DNA of 63,298 nt, filler included, from Basidiobolus meristosporus CBS 931.73 (GCA_002104905.1; 4 parts of 4 records of this genome joined end to end with filler, not necessarily neighbours in it), one strand, 5' to 3'. Counted from the first letter of the whole stretch, positions 11,008-24,261 are shown. Translations and numbers: made by a program. The notes: generated by a model from the sequence alone, not told the origin.

Positions 11008-14000
11008 TCTTCAACTGATCCCTATGAAAAATTATTGAGATGATCCTGTCAAAAGGCCATCACAAAGTTAATGTCCAGTGACTGAGAGGTACTGATCTTG
11101 TCAGGACACCATCCAGAGACCGTTGAAAAATAAGTGCACCCCAGATTTCACAAAAAACTTTGTCAAAATTTTTCATCACAACAATGTATAAGTGGCTTTT
11201 GCTTGGTTCTCTGCCAATTTGCTCACTTTCTGATCCCAGACACTCTATTGCCTCCTATGTTTGTGTGAATTGATTGGCTATTGCCTCTTTTTCACACTCC
11301 TTACTTCCTGACTCAACTGTTTCTCTTACTTTTCATGTGTACAAATTGATTTATTTCCATTGAAACTTCACTTGTACCTCAATTGCCAATTGTATTGACC
11401 TATACAAGTCCCTATACCCAGCTCCAACTTTAAGCCTAACCCCACACTCAACAAGTAAATCCATCAAAATCCACCATTCAGTAAGCATCTCTGCTGTAAT
11501 GCTCATTTTCCATGACTTAAGTAGGCACCCGGCAGCTGTATGTCACCATTTATTTACTGGTTCCCATATATAGACATCCTACAGTCTCTTGAGTAGTTGC
11601 CCACTCTTCATCATTGTGCTCAATGGCTTTGGAAGTCAACAGTGTCTTTTGATTTTTAGGCATGGGCATAAATACCACTCTCCCTGCCTCCTGTGCTGAG
11701 ATGGATTTTTCTGTGGGCTGTGTTGTTGGGAACTGTAGTTGTGCTTTAATGACTGTGCAGTGTTCCTCCACTGTATCATTGGTGAGCAACTCATTTCTTG
11801 GCTGTGGCATTGAGATACTTGAGTTCCCTTGTTGCAGCAAAGAAGCTGTATTCTCCACCTGGGTTGTTGATTGCTTTTGATATATTGTTGCTTATACCGT
11901 TTCTGTACTAATTCCTGTTTTTCTGGCCCATCGCTTCTATCCTTTCAGCTGCTGCACCTTATTGCTCATTAGTGCCCTGATATGAGTTGGCAGTATACTT
12001 GCTAAAGTGAGTGGTGATGATTTTGTGAAGGCCACTTGCTTGTCTTCAACCAGAATGCACTACTTTTGCTACATTCTCATCTGTCTGAGCATTGTGGTCA
12101 GCTTATGGCTTGGCAGAGATTCTCTTTTGTCTACTTGAACAAGAGCCTGAGGAGTTCACAGTATTACCTTTAGTAGGCACACAATTAACATTGACTTTTT
12201 TGGATGTAGCCCTTCTTGTTACATTGAATGCAAAAGCAAGCTGTTGTACAGCCATTTGGCTGCTTTTCTGAACTGTGGGGCTTAGTTGGGAAGCAGAAGG
12301 CTTTACTTTATTTTTTGGTGGCATACCTATAGTAGTGACCTAAGCCAAAGGGGAGAAATTGTTACAAAATGTGTGTATGTGGTGCCACAGCTTTATTTAT
12401 AATGCCTACTATGGCTGGTCATCATTGAATCTTATGTCCATGTTGGTGCAATGTCTTAAGTATATGACTGTCTTAAATTCACATCAGTATTGACCAAAAG
12501 TGATATAATAGTGCGATGCTGTTGATTGACAAACTATTTGCCCCATAGCAAAGACTACTTTGATTTAGCAACATAAGTGAAGAGAAAAAAGAACATGTGG
12601 CTACTGTAACCAGCCTCTCAGCCATAGAGCACACAGACAGAATAGGAAGTGTCAGAAGGATCACAGTCAGTGTTTTGCCACACAAGTCTTGTTGGACCAT
12701 TGCTCAGTCACTACTGTAAAATAATACCTTGTCAGCCACGTGATATTTGTATAATGGCACCCAGCTTACTTGTCACCTTGCACAAACTGAGCCAGGTGAG
12801 TATGTGACACCTATAGGCTCACCTCAGCCTTGGGAAAATAGCATGCAAAGTGAAAGCTCTGAAGACCAAAGGCTAACTGATAGATTGTAAGCCCCTGAAT
12901 GAGTGTGATGGATTCAATATGAAAGGAGACACCACCTGCAGAAGAAAATGCCAAGGACACCTTATGGAGCCAAGTGAGCCCTGTAATCCATCCACTGGCC
13001 AATGATACGATGTTGTAGCCCAAAAGGTGGTGCATATCAATAATCATCACTAATGGGTGCCTTGAGGATTTACTATTACTCTTGCCAAAACCTTTCTGGA
13101 AGTAACTTACTATGTACTTGGTACAAATTGAAAATTTTCATGCAAATGGCAATATCTGGCCCAGTGATCATCCTGGTACTACCATGTATCAGTAATTGCA
13201 TAGCATTCACATCAAAAAATGCCACCATTGTAGGGTGTCCAACTTGTCAGGAATCCACTACCATCAGAGAAGAATATTGCTCACACTACAGAAATATCAG
13301 TAATACCCCATTTGAAGAAATTCAAGCCATCTAACAAATATTGTGAAGCTATCAAGAACTGCACTCACTTGAATTAAGTGCAAATACTCCCAATATAATT
13401 GATGGCAAACATTACAAACAACTAAGAAGCCAGGGCTGCTATGAATGTGTGTACTACCGTGCCTTTGCTGTGGCACTTGATGGATATTCATGAAACAAGT
13501 AATCTACCAGCAATTCCTGCAGGCCATTGATTCTCAGCAATGTGAATCTGCTGCCTGTCTTGCAGTAGCAAAGCAGAAGTCTAGGGCCTAAATCATCATG
13601 TATACTATGCAGCAGCATACCGCTGAATGGCCATCATATCAATGCTCATATTGCTATTTATATTGGAGATGCCACAGCTGTCACCAAGATAGCCTGTATT
13701 TCTAGGACAATGACTTGAATTGCTATTGAATGTGTTAGAATGTACAGAAGTCAGCATGCAGCTGCAGCAAGCTTGGCAAACTCTTAGCCATTGGCTGGAA
13801 TATCAAATTAACTGGAAACTGGAGATACTTAAGATAAAGGTGATCTACTGCAGCAAAAAATGTCCACTGGGAGCAATGCCATTGCATTTCTACAATATCC
13901 CTATACTAATGACTAAGTTGTACAAAGGATACTTGAGCTGAAGGACCTATTCAAGAAACCAAAGAAATATAAAAGAATTGGCAATATGTCACAAAGTATC

Positions 14001-14463
14001 TGCAACTAAAAGTATGCCTCACAGGCCCCAGTTAATATTCACACCAATATGCAACAATACAAATGAAAGGACTGGATGAGCTAGATATGCATGTATTCAA
14101 GTGACCTTCTGAAGCCATTTATACTAAGAGTACATTGGAAGCATTGAGAGCTCTATGTTGACATTGTAGGAATATTTATGCAAAAGCAAATTGCTAATGC
14201 TTACTTAACACATCTACAGCTTTTATGAAAGGAGTTTTTAACAAGATTTGAGTGCTATACTACAAGCACAAAGCCGCACCAGTAGATCTCTGCCACCACT
14301 GTATCCATTTCCTACTCCATCTTGCTCAGTGTGTGGAAAATACTGGGCCTTGCTTCATTTTTTGGGAGCTTCCTATTGAGCAGATGTGTGAGAGAAAGGA
14401 AGACCTACCAAATTGCAGGCACCTCAATATCCTAGTCTAATCCAACTTATCACATCCATGACA
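11008..14463 (+). mobile_element. CACTA/EnSpm element relic, left arm of palindrome (transposase +, second ORF -)
   Basis: 13053-13334 VILVLPCISNCIAFTSKNATIVGCPTCQE; 14252-14440 HFLLHLAQCVENTGPCFIFWELPIEQMC (Tnp2 GP...W.FP.E motif). Minus-strand ORFs 11550-11858, 12103-12324 and 12479-12700 are homologous to 18090-18362, 17574-17762 and 17196-17441. Confidence 0.8.
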
Positions 14464-17400
14464 GACTTGAAGGTAATATTTTTGATGAGATTGGGATATG
14501 GTAGTACCTGCAACTTGACTTGTCTTCCTATCTCCCCACACATCTGCTCCATAGGAAACTCCCAAAAGGTGAAGCAAGGCTCAATATTCTCCACACACTG
14601 TGCAAGATAGAGTAGATAATACATACAGTAGTAGCAGAGATCTACAGGTTCAGCTCTATGCTTGTAGTATAGCTGCTCAAATCCCATCACAAACTCCTGG
14701 CACAAAAGTTGTAGATGACTCAAGTTGGCATTGGTGAACCACTTCTGGATAAATATTCTTACAATGTCCACATATGACTCCCAATGCTTTTAATGTACTC
14801 TTGGTAGGAATGGCTTCAGAATGCCACTTGAATAAATAAATATTTGGCTGATCCAGTCTTTGCATTTGTATTGTTGCATATGTGTATGAATATTAATTGA
14901 AGCCTGTGAGAAGTACTTATGGTAGCAGATACTCTGTAATATCTGGCCTATTCTTTTAAATTTTTCTGGTATCTCAAACGGCTCATTCAGCTTGAAATGC
15001 CCCATGTACATCTTGGTCATCATTATAGGGATATTGTTGAAAAGCAAATGCATTGCTCCCAGTGGAAAGCTTTTGCTCCAACAGATACCCTCTATCTTAA
15101 GTATCCCCAGATTCCAGTTGATTACATATTCAGGCCAATGGCTTATTGCTTACCAACCTTGCTGCATTGCATGCTGACTTCTGTACATTTTCTCTGTGGG
15201 AAGATGATGTTTGTTGTGCTGGTGTTTGGGTAACAAAAATGTGTATGAGTTATGGAGTAATCTCCATGGATCTCACACATTCAACAGCAATACCATCCAT
15301 TTTGCCCAGAAAAACCTGCTATCTTGTTGATGGCTTGGGTATCTCCAATGCAGATAATAAATTGTGCATTTACATGATGGCCATTTACTGTGATCTTTAT
15401 GGAAAGCTTACAAAACTCATCCAGCAATAGATACAGGCAGCTATTCAAGTTGGACAGTGATTTATACCTTGATACCAGTGAAACCACCATCAGATTATTG
15501 CTCTGATACTGTAAGATGGGTAGCAGATTCAGACTGATGAAAATTAGTGACCAGCAGGATACACTGGCAGAGTACTTGTTTAATGAGAATCCATCAAGTG
15601 CAAAGGCAAAGGCTTGGTCATACATACCTTCAAGGTAGCCCTTGCTTCTTAGCTTTTTGTAATGTTTGCCATCAAATATATTGTATATGTTTGCGCTTGA
15701 TTGATACTGAGTGTGGTACTGTATAGCTTTGCAATAACTGTTGGACTGCATAAGCTTCTTGAGTTGGGGTATTACTGGAATATATCTGGAGTGTGAACAA
15801 TGTTTTTCCTCAATGGTGATGGGTTCCTGACAATTTGGACATGTTGCAATGGTAGCATTTTTGGGTGTGAATGCTATGCAACTGCTAACACATGCTGGAA
15901 TCAGGACAGTCTCTAGATCATATGTTGTCAGTTGCATGGTGGTTTTCCACTTGTACCATGTACATGGTATGTTGCATCACAGAATGATTTTGGCAAGAAG
16001 CAGTAGTAAATCCTCAAAGCCCCCATTACTGGTATTAGTGGAAAAGCGCACCTCTCTGGCCCAAACATTACATCATTCACCAGCAGATGGATTACTGGGC
16101 TCACTTGGCTCCATAAGGTATCCTTAGCATTTGCTTCAATAGGTGTTGTTTCACTGCATATTAGGATCTGACTGGGTTCATGTATGGTGCGGTTGTTAGG
16201 GGAGATAGGCTCACAATCCATCAGTGAACCTTCTTTGTCAGAGCTATCACTCTGCATGTCATACTCAGAAGGCTGAGGTGGGCCTAAACGCATCACAAAC
16301 ACACCTTACTCAGTTTGCACATGGTGACAAAAATTGCCAGGTGCCAATACAGAGGTATCAACTGGCCAGTGTGGTAGGGTAAACATACCTCCCACAAACA
16401 AGTTTATTCATATAGTCATTATGATATACTTATCCATATTTTATCTTATCAGTATTATCCCATACTTCTTTTGCCCATATTATCAGTATTATCCTCATAT
16501 GATGTTTACCCTGATTAGTTATTAGCATTAGTTATCCCAGATGTTATTCAGCTTTGTGATCAGTATATGTATCTACATAAGGCAGGTACCCACGTCAGTA
16601 CCCATGGCACATGACCTAGGTCTATGTTCCCATCCCTGCCATCTCAATTTCTATGTTGCACAGGTTTCAGACTACTGATTCCTGATTGGATTAATGTGCT
16701 GTGCCTTTTAGAACCTTCCAGGACATTCTTGGCATATTTTTAGCTGATAGTGATGTCATCAAGAATTCCACTGATACCTAGAATATTGTAGAACCTTGTC
16801 ATTAGTAATCACTTGGCAATCAGGAAAAGTATTTAAGGGAAAGCAATCCCGCATCAATAAATCATCCCTTCTATTGGTAATACTTCTACCTTAGTGATTA
16901 GCAGTTGATCACTGCACCTGCCTTCAAAAGTACATCTCAGACCTGCCATCAAGGAGCTTTTCAGGGTAGTGCACAAGACACACAGAGGCCTTTGGAGACA
17001 CTTGGAGCACCTAGGAAGCTAGAGAAGCAGGAGCTTTTTCCACAGTGACATATTGACAAAGACACAAGCAGTTTAGACACAGAGGTTATTGCACCCATCA
17101 GACACCTCACACACCTTGAGTTGTGTAGCTTCTCCCAGGAGTACCTCTACACCACCACACCGGCAAGATAATGTGGGTGCAGTAGTGACTAATGAATGGT
17201 CAAGTATGAATTGTGTGGCAAAATACTGGTTGTGATCCTTGTAATGTTTCCTATGTTGTCTGCATGCTTCATGGCTCAGAGGCTTGCTACTATAGCCACA
17301 TGGCCTTTTCTCTCTTCTCTTACAGCATTGAGTCAAAGTGGTCTTGTCCTTGGGGCAAACAGTTTGACATTCAACAACATACTGCTATTATATCACTTTT

Positions 17401-19700
17401 TAGTCAAAACTCATGTGAATTTAAGACAGTCTAGTATTTAATATATTGCACCTACATGAATGTAAGATTCAATGATGACCTGCCATAGTAAGCATTTTAA
17501 ATAATGTTGTGGCACCACATACACACAAATATGTAATACTATTTCCCTTTTGGCTTGACTCACTTCCATAAATATGCTGCCAAAAAACAATGCAAAGTTG
17601 TCTGATTCCCAACCAAGCCCCACCGCTGATGGCAGCAGAAGAATGGTTAGACAACAGCTTGCTTTGAAATTCAGTGCAACAAGCAGTGCTACATCTAAAA
17701 AAGGCCACAATGACATTGTGCCCACTGAAGGTAGTAATACGGACTCCTCAGGCTCTCAGTGAAGTAAGCTATCAAGATTGTCTGCAAAGCCACAAGCTGA
17801 CTGTTATGCTCAGGCAGATGATAATGTAGCAAACATAGTACCCTTAGTTGACAACCAGCATATAGCTGTCACAATATCACCACCACCAATATTGGCAAGT
17901 ATGCTGTCAGCTTGTACCAAAGCATTAATGAAACAATTAAGTGCAGTGGCTGATAGGATAGATGCAATGGCCCAGAGAAATCAGGAAATAGTCCAGAAGC
18001 AGGATGAGCAGATAATACATGTAGAGCAATCAATATCCCTGGTAGAGAAAGTAGTATCTTTGCTGTAAAGAAGGAACTCAAGTTGCTCAATGTCACAGCC
18101 AAGAATTGAGCCATTTCTCAATTTTACAGCAGAGGAACACTGTACAGTCTTTGAGGCACAACAACAGTGCCCAAAGATTGCGCCCACAGAAAAACTTATC
18201 ACAGAGTGGGAGGGAGACAAATTGGTGTTTATACCAAAGCCTAAAAATGAGAGGATATTGAGCATCTGTGTAGCAATTGAGTGCAATAATGTAGAGTGGG
18301 CTAATACTCTAGAGGCCTTCAGAAGCCTGTTGCACCATCACCTAGTGGCCAACATACCATAGAACCATCAGGAACTCAAGGCCAAGCAGAAAGCACTTGA
18401 CTTGTTCCATGAGTATTGTCCTGGATTCAGGTGGGCAAGCAGATTTTGGGTCAGCATTGGTATGCTAAAAAGTATCTTAAGAATGGCAGCAACTACCAAA
18501 GGCAGAAGAACAAGGGTGCCATTGCTAAAAACTAGCAGCTTCCTCAAGATCCCGTTACAAGCAGGGCCAAAAGCTCCCAACAAGCATCAAAGAAATGTCA
18601 GGTTGCTGGTAGAGTGCCAACTAGGGACAAGCAGGCAGACATGAATGCTCCGTAGCAGTGATAATAACCAGCATCTTTTACAGGAGCCTGTCACAATTAT
18701 GGTTGAGAGGTGGAAACAAAAGGAAAAGAAACGTCAGGTTGCCAGGAGAGTGTCAGCAAGGGACAAGTAGGCCAAAACACATGCATCAGAGCAGAATTTA
18801 TCTAGGTAGAAAACATAGTTTACTACAAGAAGCACTTAGACAAAGTAGCTGTGAAAGACCTGGCAGTGATAAAGGAAAAAGTCAAGGGAAAAATGTCTAC
18901 CCATGCCTGAGACAGGGAGGCATGTAAAAAAACTGCAGTTCTTACAAGTTAACACTGCAAGCCTGGAACAGATCTCAAAAGACTATCATGATGCCTACAG
19001 TGGAACTTTAGATCACTAATTGGCACATCAAGAGGTTGCAGCACTTCTTCAAGAGCAGTGCTCAAGAAAATTCACTTGAATATTGCAAGGATTTCTTGCA
19101 AAGACTGGCAGATGAAGTGCTAGACCTTGCAGTGCTTGCTGAAGACAAGGATATATGGGAACTAGTGAATGAATAGTGGCATAAAGCCATTTGGTAACCA
19201 CCAAAGTAGTGGAACCAGAGTGTTACAGCAGAAATACTTATCAAGTGGTGAACTTTAATGGAGTTACTTGTTGAGTGTGGTGTTGGGCATAATGTTAGTT
19301 TAGGGTATAGGTACTTGTATAGGTTAATACAATTGGCAATTGAGGTACAACTGAAGTTACAAGCAAAATAAATCAATTTGTATGCAGGAAAAGTAAGAGA
19401 AATGGTTGAGTCAGGGAGTAAGGAGTGTGAAAAAGAGGCAATAGCCAATCAATACACACAGACATAGGAGGTGATAGAATGTCCAGGATCACAAAGTGAA
19501 CAAATTAGTAGGGAACCAATCAAATGCCACTTATATATTGTTGTGATGAAAAATATTAACCAAGTTTTTTGTGAAATCTAGGGTCAATTATTTTACAATG
19601 GTCTCTGGACTGTGTCCTGATGGGATCAGTACCTCTTAGTCATAGCACTTTAAATTTGTGATGGCCTTTTGATGGGATCATTAAAATAACTTTTCATATG
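14464..19700 (-). mobile_element. CACTA/EnSpm element relic, right arm of palindrome (transposase -, second ORF +)
   Basis: ORF 15281-15937 has the Tnp2/Transposase_21 pattern: ACVSSCIAFT...CPNCQEP...YIPVIPQL...IFDGKHY...AFALDGF...NLLP...IGDTQAI...GFSGQNG. ORF 14424-14771 has CFTFWEFPMEQMCG. 19400-19700 is the reverse complement homolog of 11030-11340. Confidence 0.85.
16370..17159 (+). mobile_element. Solo LTR (790 bp, TGTGG...CCACA) inserted in the CACTA relic
   Basis: Inverted termini TGTGG/CCACA. Flanks CCAG (16366-16369) and CCGG (17160-17163) form a 4-bp TSD with one CpG transition. The homologous left-arm position (~12720-12770) lacks the insert. Confidence 0.8.
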
Positions 19701-19879
19701 GTTTATTTGACTGTAAAATCCAAAAAATGCCTTTAAAATCCCTTGATAAGATTGCAAGAAGGGTCAAGAATTCCAGGCAGCAGCACTATCATACACCTAT
19801 TTTAGGATCCTAATGGCTGCTCTGGATTAGATCCATCTCCTGACCAAATTGCTTTTCATAGGGAGCCTTAATGACTATT

Positions 19880-20073
19880 TATATAGATATCCAATAATAC
19901 AAATGAAAGGACTGGATGTACTGGATATGAACTTACTCAAGTGGCCTTCTAAGCCATTCTTCCAAGCATGCATTAGAAGCATTTATATTCATGTGCAGAC
20001 ATCATAGGAGCTTACATTCAGAATTGGATCACCAATGAAAATCTGGTACAACCACAGCTTCCATGCTGGCTCT
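19880..20073 (+). mobile_element. Short CACTA transposase fragment
   Basis: aatacaaatgaaaggactggatg...aagtggccttctaagccatt matches 14055-14120. Cut on the right by the chromovirus LTR. Confidence 0.6.
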
Positions 20074-20590
20074 TGTGAATAGACACAAGGCAGGAGGAAA
20101 AGCTAGGCATGGCAGGAAAGGACTTAGGTGTGGACCATCAAGGCAAGGCAGGATTCAAGGCAAGGCTGTTTATTGAAGACCTGTGTTTATCAGACTGAGG
20201 AATACTTAAGGGGGATAGGACTATATATGCTTTTTGGCTATACAGATGCCAAGAGATATTAGCTAATACTAATGGGGTTGTGGGGTGAGGCACTGCAGCA
20301 GTGCTGGGGATAATAATCTAGAAGGCAAGGTACTGAGACAGGATGGGGAAATGGATTGGGTCACCTGATCATGTGACTAAGTCATGTGACCTGGTATTTC
20401 CATATATGGTACTGGACTATGAAAAATACAATGGGAAGCTTCCATGGAATGTTCCATTGGGTAACAATGGTTTGGAATGGTCAGGAACTTTGTGGAAGAT
20501 GGTAGAAGGTTCCAGAAGGAATCTCTTAGAAATTGCACTAGGAAGCTGAAACTTGGCATGGGTGTTTGTGGTTGTCATGTGATCATGACA
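20074..20590 (-). repeat. 3' LTR (~517 bp) of the chromovirus, with polypurine tract at 20591-20605
   Basis: Minus strand reads GGAAGAGGAGAATAG then TGTCATG..., and ends ...TCACA at 20074 abutting unrelated CACTA sequence. Confidence 0.7.
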
Positions 20591-23500
20591 CTATTCTCCT
20601 CTTCCAGGCAAAGCTCTGTTTCCCTTTGGGGCAGGTTTGCAGGATATTGCTGGTGGAACTTGGTAACTAGTTCTTGACAATTAGTGAGATGGGTAGCTGG
20701 TTCCCATGTTTGGTCACTTGGACCATAACCAATCCAGTATACTAAGTAGTACAGGTTTGACTGGATATACTTGGAGTCTAGAATTAGTTTAACTTCAAAT
20801 TCTTGATGTTGGTCAACCAGGATGGCTTGGGGCCTTGCTTCTTGCCGGTTTGGCAAGGTGTTCCTACAATACGGCTCTAGGAGGGACACATAGAAAGTAT
20901 CATGGATTTTCATACTTGCTGGTAACTGTAGCTGATATACTATAGGGCTAAGCTTCTTCTTAATTGTGAAGGGACAAAGTTTCTTGAAATCCAACTTGTC
21001 ACAAGGGTGGTTGGTGCTGATGTTTCTTCTGAGCAACCATAGAGAATCTCCTTCATTAAGATCAGGGCTGGGATGCTGTTTTAGATTGGCAAACTTCTTG
21101 TAGCTTTCCCAAGTTGAGGATAGCTCTTCCTTGAGGATATTCTGGATGTCCTGGATTGCTTGGGCATGTTCAGCTGCATGTGGGCTCATTGGGTTTGTTG
21201 GAATCTGGATATCAAACTGAGGGTGGAATCCATAGTTTGCATAGAATGGTGTAAAACTGGTTGCACTATTACTTGAGTTGTTGTAGGCAAACTCAGCAAC
21301 AGGTAGTAGATCAACCTAATTGTTATAGCACCGGAGGTATTGCTCTAGAATCTGGTTGATTCTTTCAGTCTGGCCATCAGACTGTGGATGGAAGGCAGTA
21401 GAGAGCTTGACTTGAACACCAAAGTATTGCATGAAGTGTTTCCAAGACTTGGACACAAACTGTGGGCCTCTATCTGACACAATATCACTGGGGATACCAT
21501 GAAGGCGGAAAATATTCTTGAGGACTAATGCAGCAGTATCTTTTGCATCAGTGTTCTTACAGCAAGGGAGAAAGTGAGCCATCTTGGTCAGCCGGTCTGC
21601 CACTACAAGTATAGCATTGAAGCTACATGACTCTGGGAGGTTAGTAATGAAGTCCATAGATATAGATCTCCATTGGTGTTCTGGGATAGGCAATGGCTGA
21701 AGAAGTCCATAGGGCTGGTGTCTGGCTGGTTTTGCACAGTTGCAAATATCACAAGTTAGAATGTACTCTTTGATAAGAGTTATCATTCTAGGCCACCAGA
21801 AATCTATTTTGACAGCATTCAAGGTTTTGGCAGTACCAAAGTGGCCTGCAGCCATTGAATCATGCCAAGACTTGATGATGTCTAGCTGGGTGGCAAGGTC
21901 TGGGACATATAGCTGCTGCTTGTGGTAGATGAGGTTGTTTACCAAATGCAGGTTCTGGATGTTTGGGAACTTGGGAGGGTGCCTAACTGGGGATTCCACA
22001 TATTTCTTGACTGTGCTGGAAGTCATATCAGAGGCTTGGGATTCTGATATCCTTACTAGGAATGAAGGGATGACCAGACTTGAGGACTGGGTGGCAAGAA
22101 TCTCAAAATGTTTCTTGCTCAGCAATGGGTGTTGCATTTGCTGACAGGCATCATCTCCCCTCTTCCAGGGCATATTTCTTTTTCTGGACAGGGCATCAGG
22201 CTTTCCTTGCTTTGCACCAGGTCTATAGGTGATAGTAAGGTCAAAGCTGGACAGGAAGAGTGACCATCTGGCTTGTCTCTGGTTTAGTACTTTGGAAGTT
22301 GCAAAGTATTCAAGGTTCTTATGGTCACAGAAGACTTTGATTTTGTGTTTTGCACCATCCAGTTAGTGTCTCCATTGCTCAAAGGCTACAATGATGGCAA
22401 GCAACTCCTTATGATAGATATCATAGTTAATCTCTGCAGGGGAAAACTTCCAAGAGTAGAATGCAATGGGGTGCAACACATTGTCTTCATCATACTGGGA
22501 GAGTATGGCACCAAGGGCAAAATCTGAAGCATCAGTCTCCACTATGAATTGCTTCTCAAGGTCAGGGTGGGCAAGCAGGGGGGCCTTCAGGAAAGATTTC
22601 TTAAGTTGGTTGAATGAGGTGGATTGCTCCTCATTCTAGGAAAAAGGTGTGTTCTTCTGGGTAAGCTTTGTCAGAGGGGTGACTATCTTGGAGTAGTGGG
22701 CTATGAACCTGCAATAGAAGTTGTCAAATCCCAGGAAGGATTGTACTTCCTTGACTGAGCTTGGAGTTTTCCAGGATTGGACTGAGTCAACTTTCTTTGG
22801 GTCCATTCTTGTTCCCTCAGGGCTGATGAGGTAACCAGGAAATTCCACTTCTCTCTGGTCAAATTCACACTTCTCTAGCTTGGCATAGAGACCGGCAGAG
22901 TCTAGTTTTCTCAATACTTTCTTGACATGTTCATCATGTTCATCTTGGCTCTTGGAGTATATGAGAATATCATCAAGGTAGATTACCACATACTGGTCAA
23001 GGTATTCACAGAATATGTCAATCATGAGGTATTGAAACACAGCAGGGGCATTGGTGAGGCCAAATGGCATTACTTTGTACTCAAAGTGAACATATCTAGT
23101 GTGAAAGGCAGTTTTCCATTCATCACTGGGCTTGATTCTGACAAGATTGCAAGCTCCTCTCAGGTCAATCTTGGTGAAGACTTGGGGCTCCAGCAGGTGA
23201 TTTGGAGTGCTGAATAAAACCCTTCTGGAGGTTTTCTTTGATATATCCATGGAGTTCTTTCAACTACGGCTGGGAGAGGTTATATATTGGCCAAATGGAG
23301 GGACTTTTCCATCTTCAAGGTCAATAGGGCACTCATAAGGCCAATGGCCAGGGAGGAGTTCTGCTTTCTTCTTGTCAAAGACATGGGAAAACTCTTGGTA
23401 CTTGGCTGGTATGTTTGCTGAGGGGGCTCCTTCAGCTGGCAAGATATCTTAGGCTGTTGAAATGTTGGCAACAGTCTTTTCACGGTTATCAGGGTCTGGG

Positions 23501-24161
23501 GATTTCATGGGGTTGACTTGGTGGGATCTGGTGAGTGACAGGATCTTGGATTTCCAATCAACACTCTGATTGTGGTAGCTCAGCCATGAGCTTCCAAGCA
23601 CAATAGGATAGTGTGGTGAGTTGATGATGTTGAAGGCAATTCTTTCTTGGTGAGCAGTACTGGACAGCTGAAGTAAGCATGTCTCATGGGTAATGGCACC
23701 AGAGGAGAGTGATCTTCCATCAATAACCTCTACTTAGACTGGACAGGATTTCAAGGTAACAGGAATAGAGTCCTTCTGGACAAAGGCTTGCAATCTGCAT
23801 AGGATCTTCTGGAGTGACTTGGGGAGCAGGAGGGGCTGGGACTGCAACAGGAATGTGTCTTTGACGGCTCTTTTGCTTCTTCTGGAATAGTCTTTTATCA
23901 CACTGGATTGCTTGGTGCATAGCTTCAACCAATGTATCTGGATCTGGGAGTGTGAGTAGTAGATCACAAAACTTCATCGTTGAGGCCGTCTTGGAATTGG
24001 CTAATCGAGGCTGCTTGACAACAGGAGCTGAGGTCACTGGAGAGTTGTCAGAATTCTGAGGCATAGACTGATGCTGGCTTGTTCCCTTGTTTGAGGGTCT
24101 TGATCTTGTTGGCAGCAGTTCTGGCTTGGTCAAGGTTACCAAATGTTAGCTCCATTTCAGT
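20074..24161 (-). mobile_element. Chromodomain-bearing Ty3/gypsy element (chromovirus), degenerate, 5' end lost in assembly gap
   Basis: RT 22636-23250 (KIDLRGACNLVRI, MPFGLTNAPAVFQ, YLDDILIYS); RNase H ~22200-22620; integrase 21316-22173 (HDSMAAGHFG...CDIC, SMDFIT, SDRGPQF, HPQSDGQTE); chromodomain EFEVKLILDSK...YLVYWIGYGPSDQTWEP in 20575-21189; gag/protease remnants 23550-24142. Confidence 0.92.
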
Positions 24162-24261
24162 NNNNNNNNNNNNNNNNNNNNNNNNNNNNNNNNNNNNNNN
24201 NNNNNTTAATTAATTAANNNNNNNNNNNNNNNNNNNNNNNNNNNNNNNNNNNNNNNNNNNN
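24162..24261. other. Artificial scaffold linker (44 N + TTAATTAATTAA + 44 N)
   Basis: The same 100-nt structure occurs three times; TTAATTAATTAA gives stop codons in all six frames. Confidence 0.97.

Noticed and set aside
234-24142. Dozens of 60-130 aa ORFs in contig 1
   Set aside because: They are fragments or antisense shadows of decayed transposon genes; none is an independent host gene.
24206-24217. Palindromic TTAATTAATTAA recurring three times (also 39984 and 54736)
   Set aside because: Always centred in exactly 44+44 N. It is an assembly linker with stops in all frames, not biology, and it makes cross-gap neighbourhoods unreliable.
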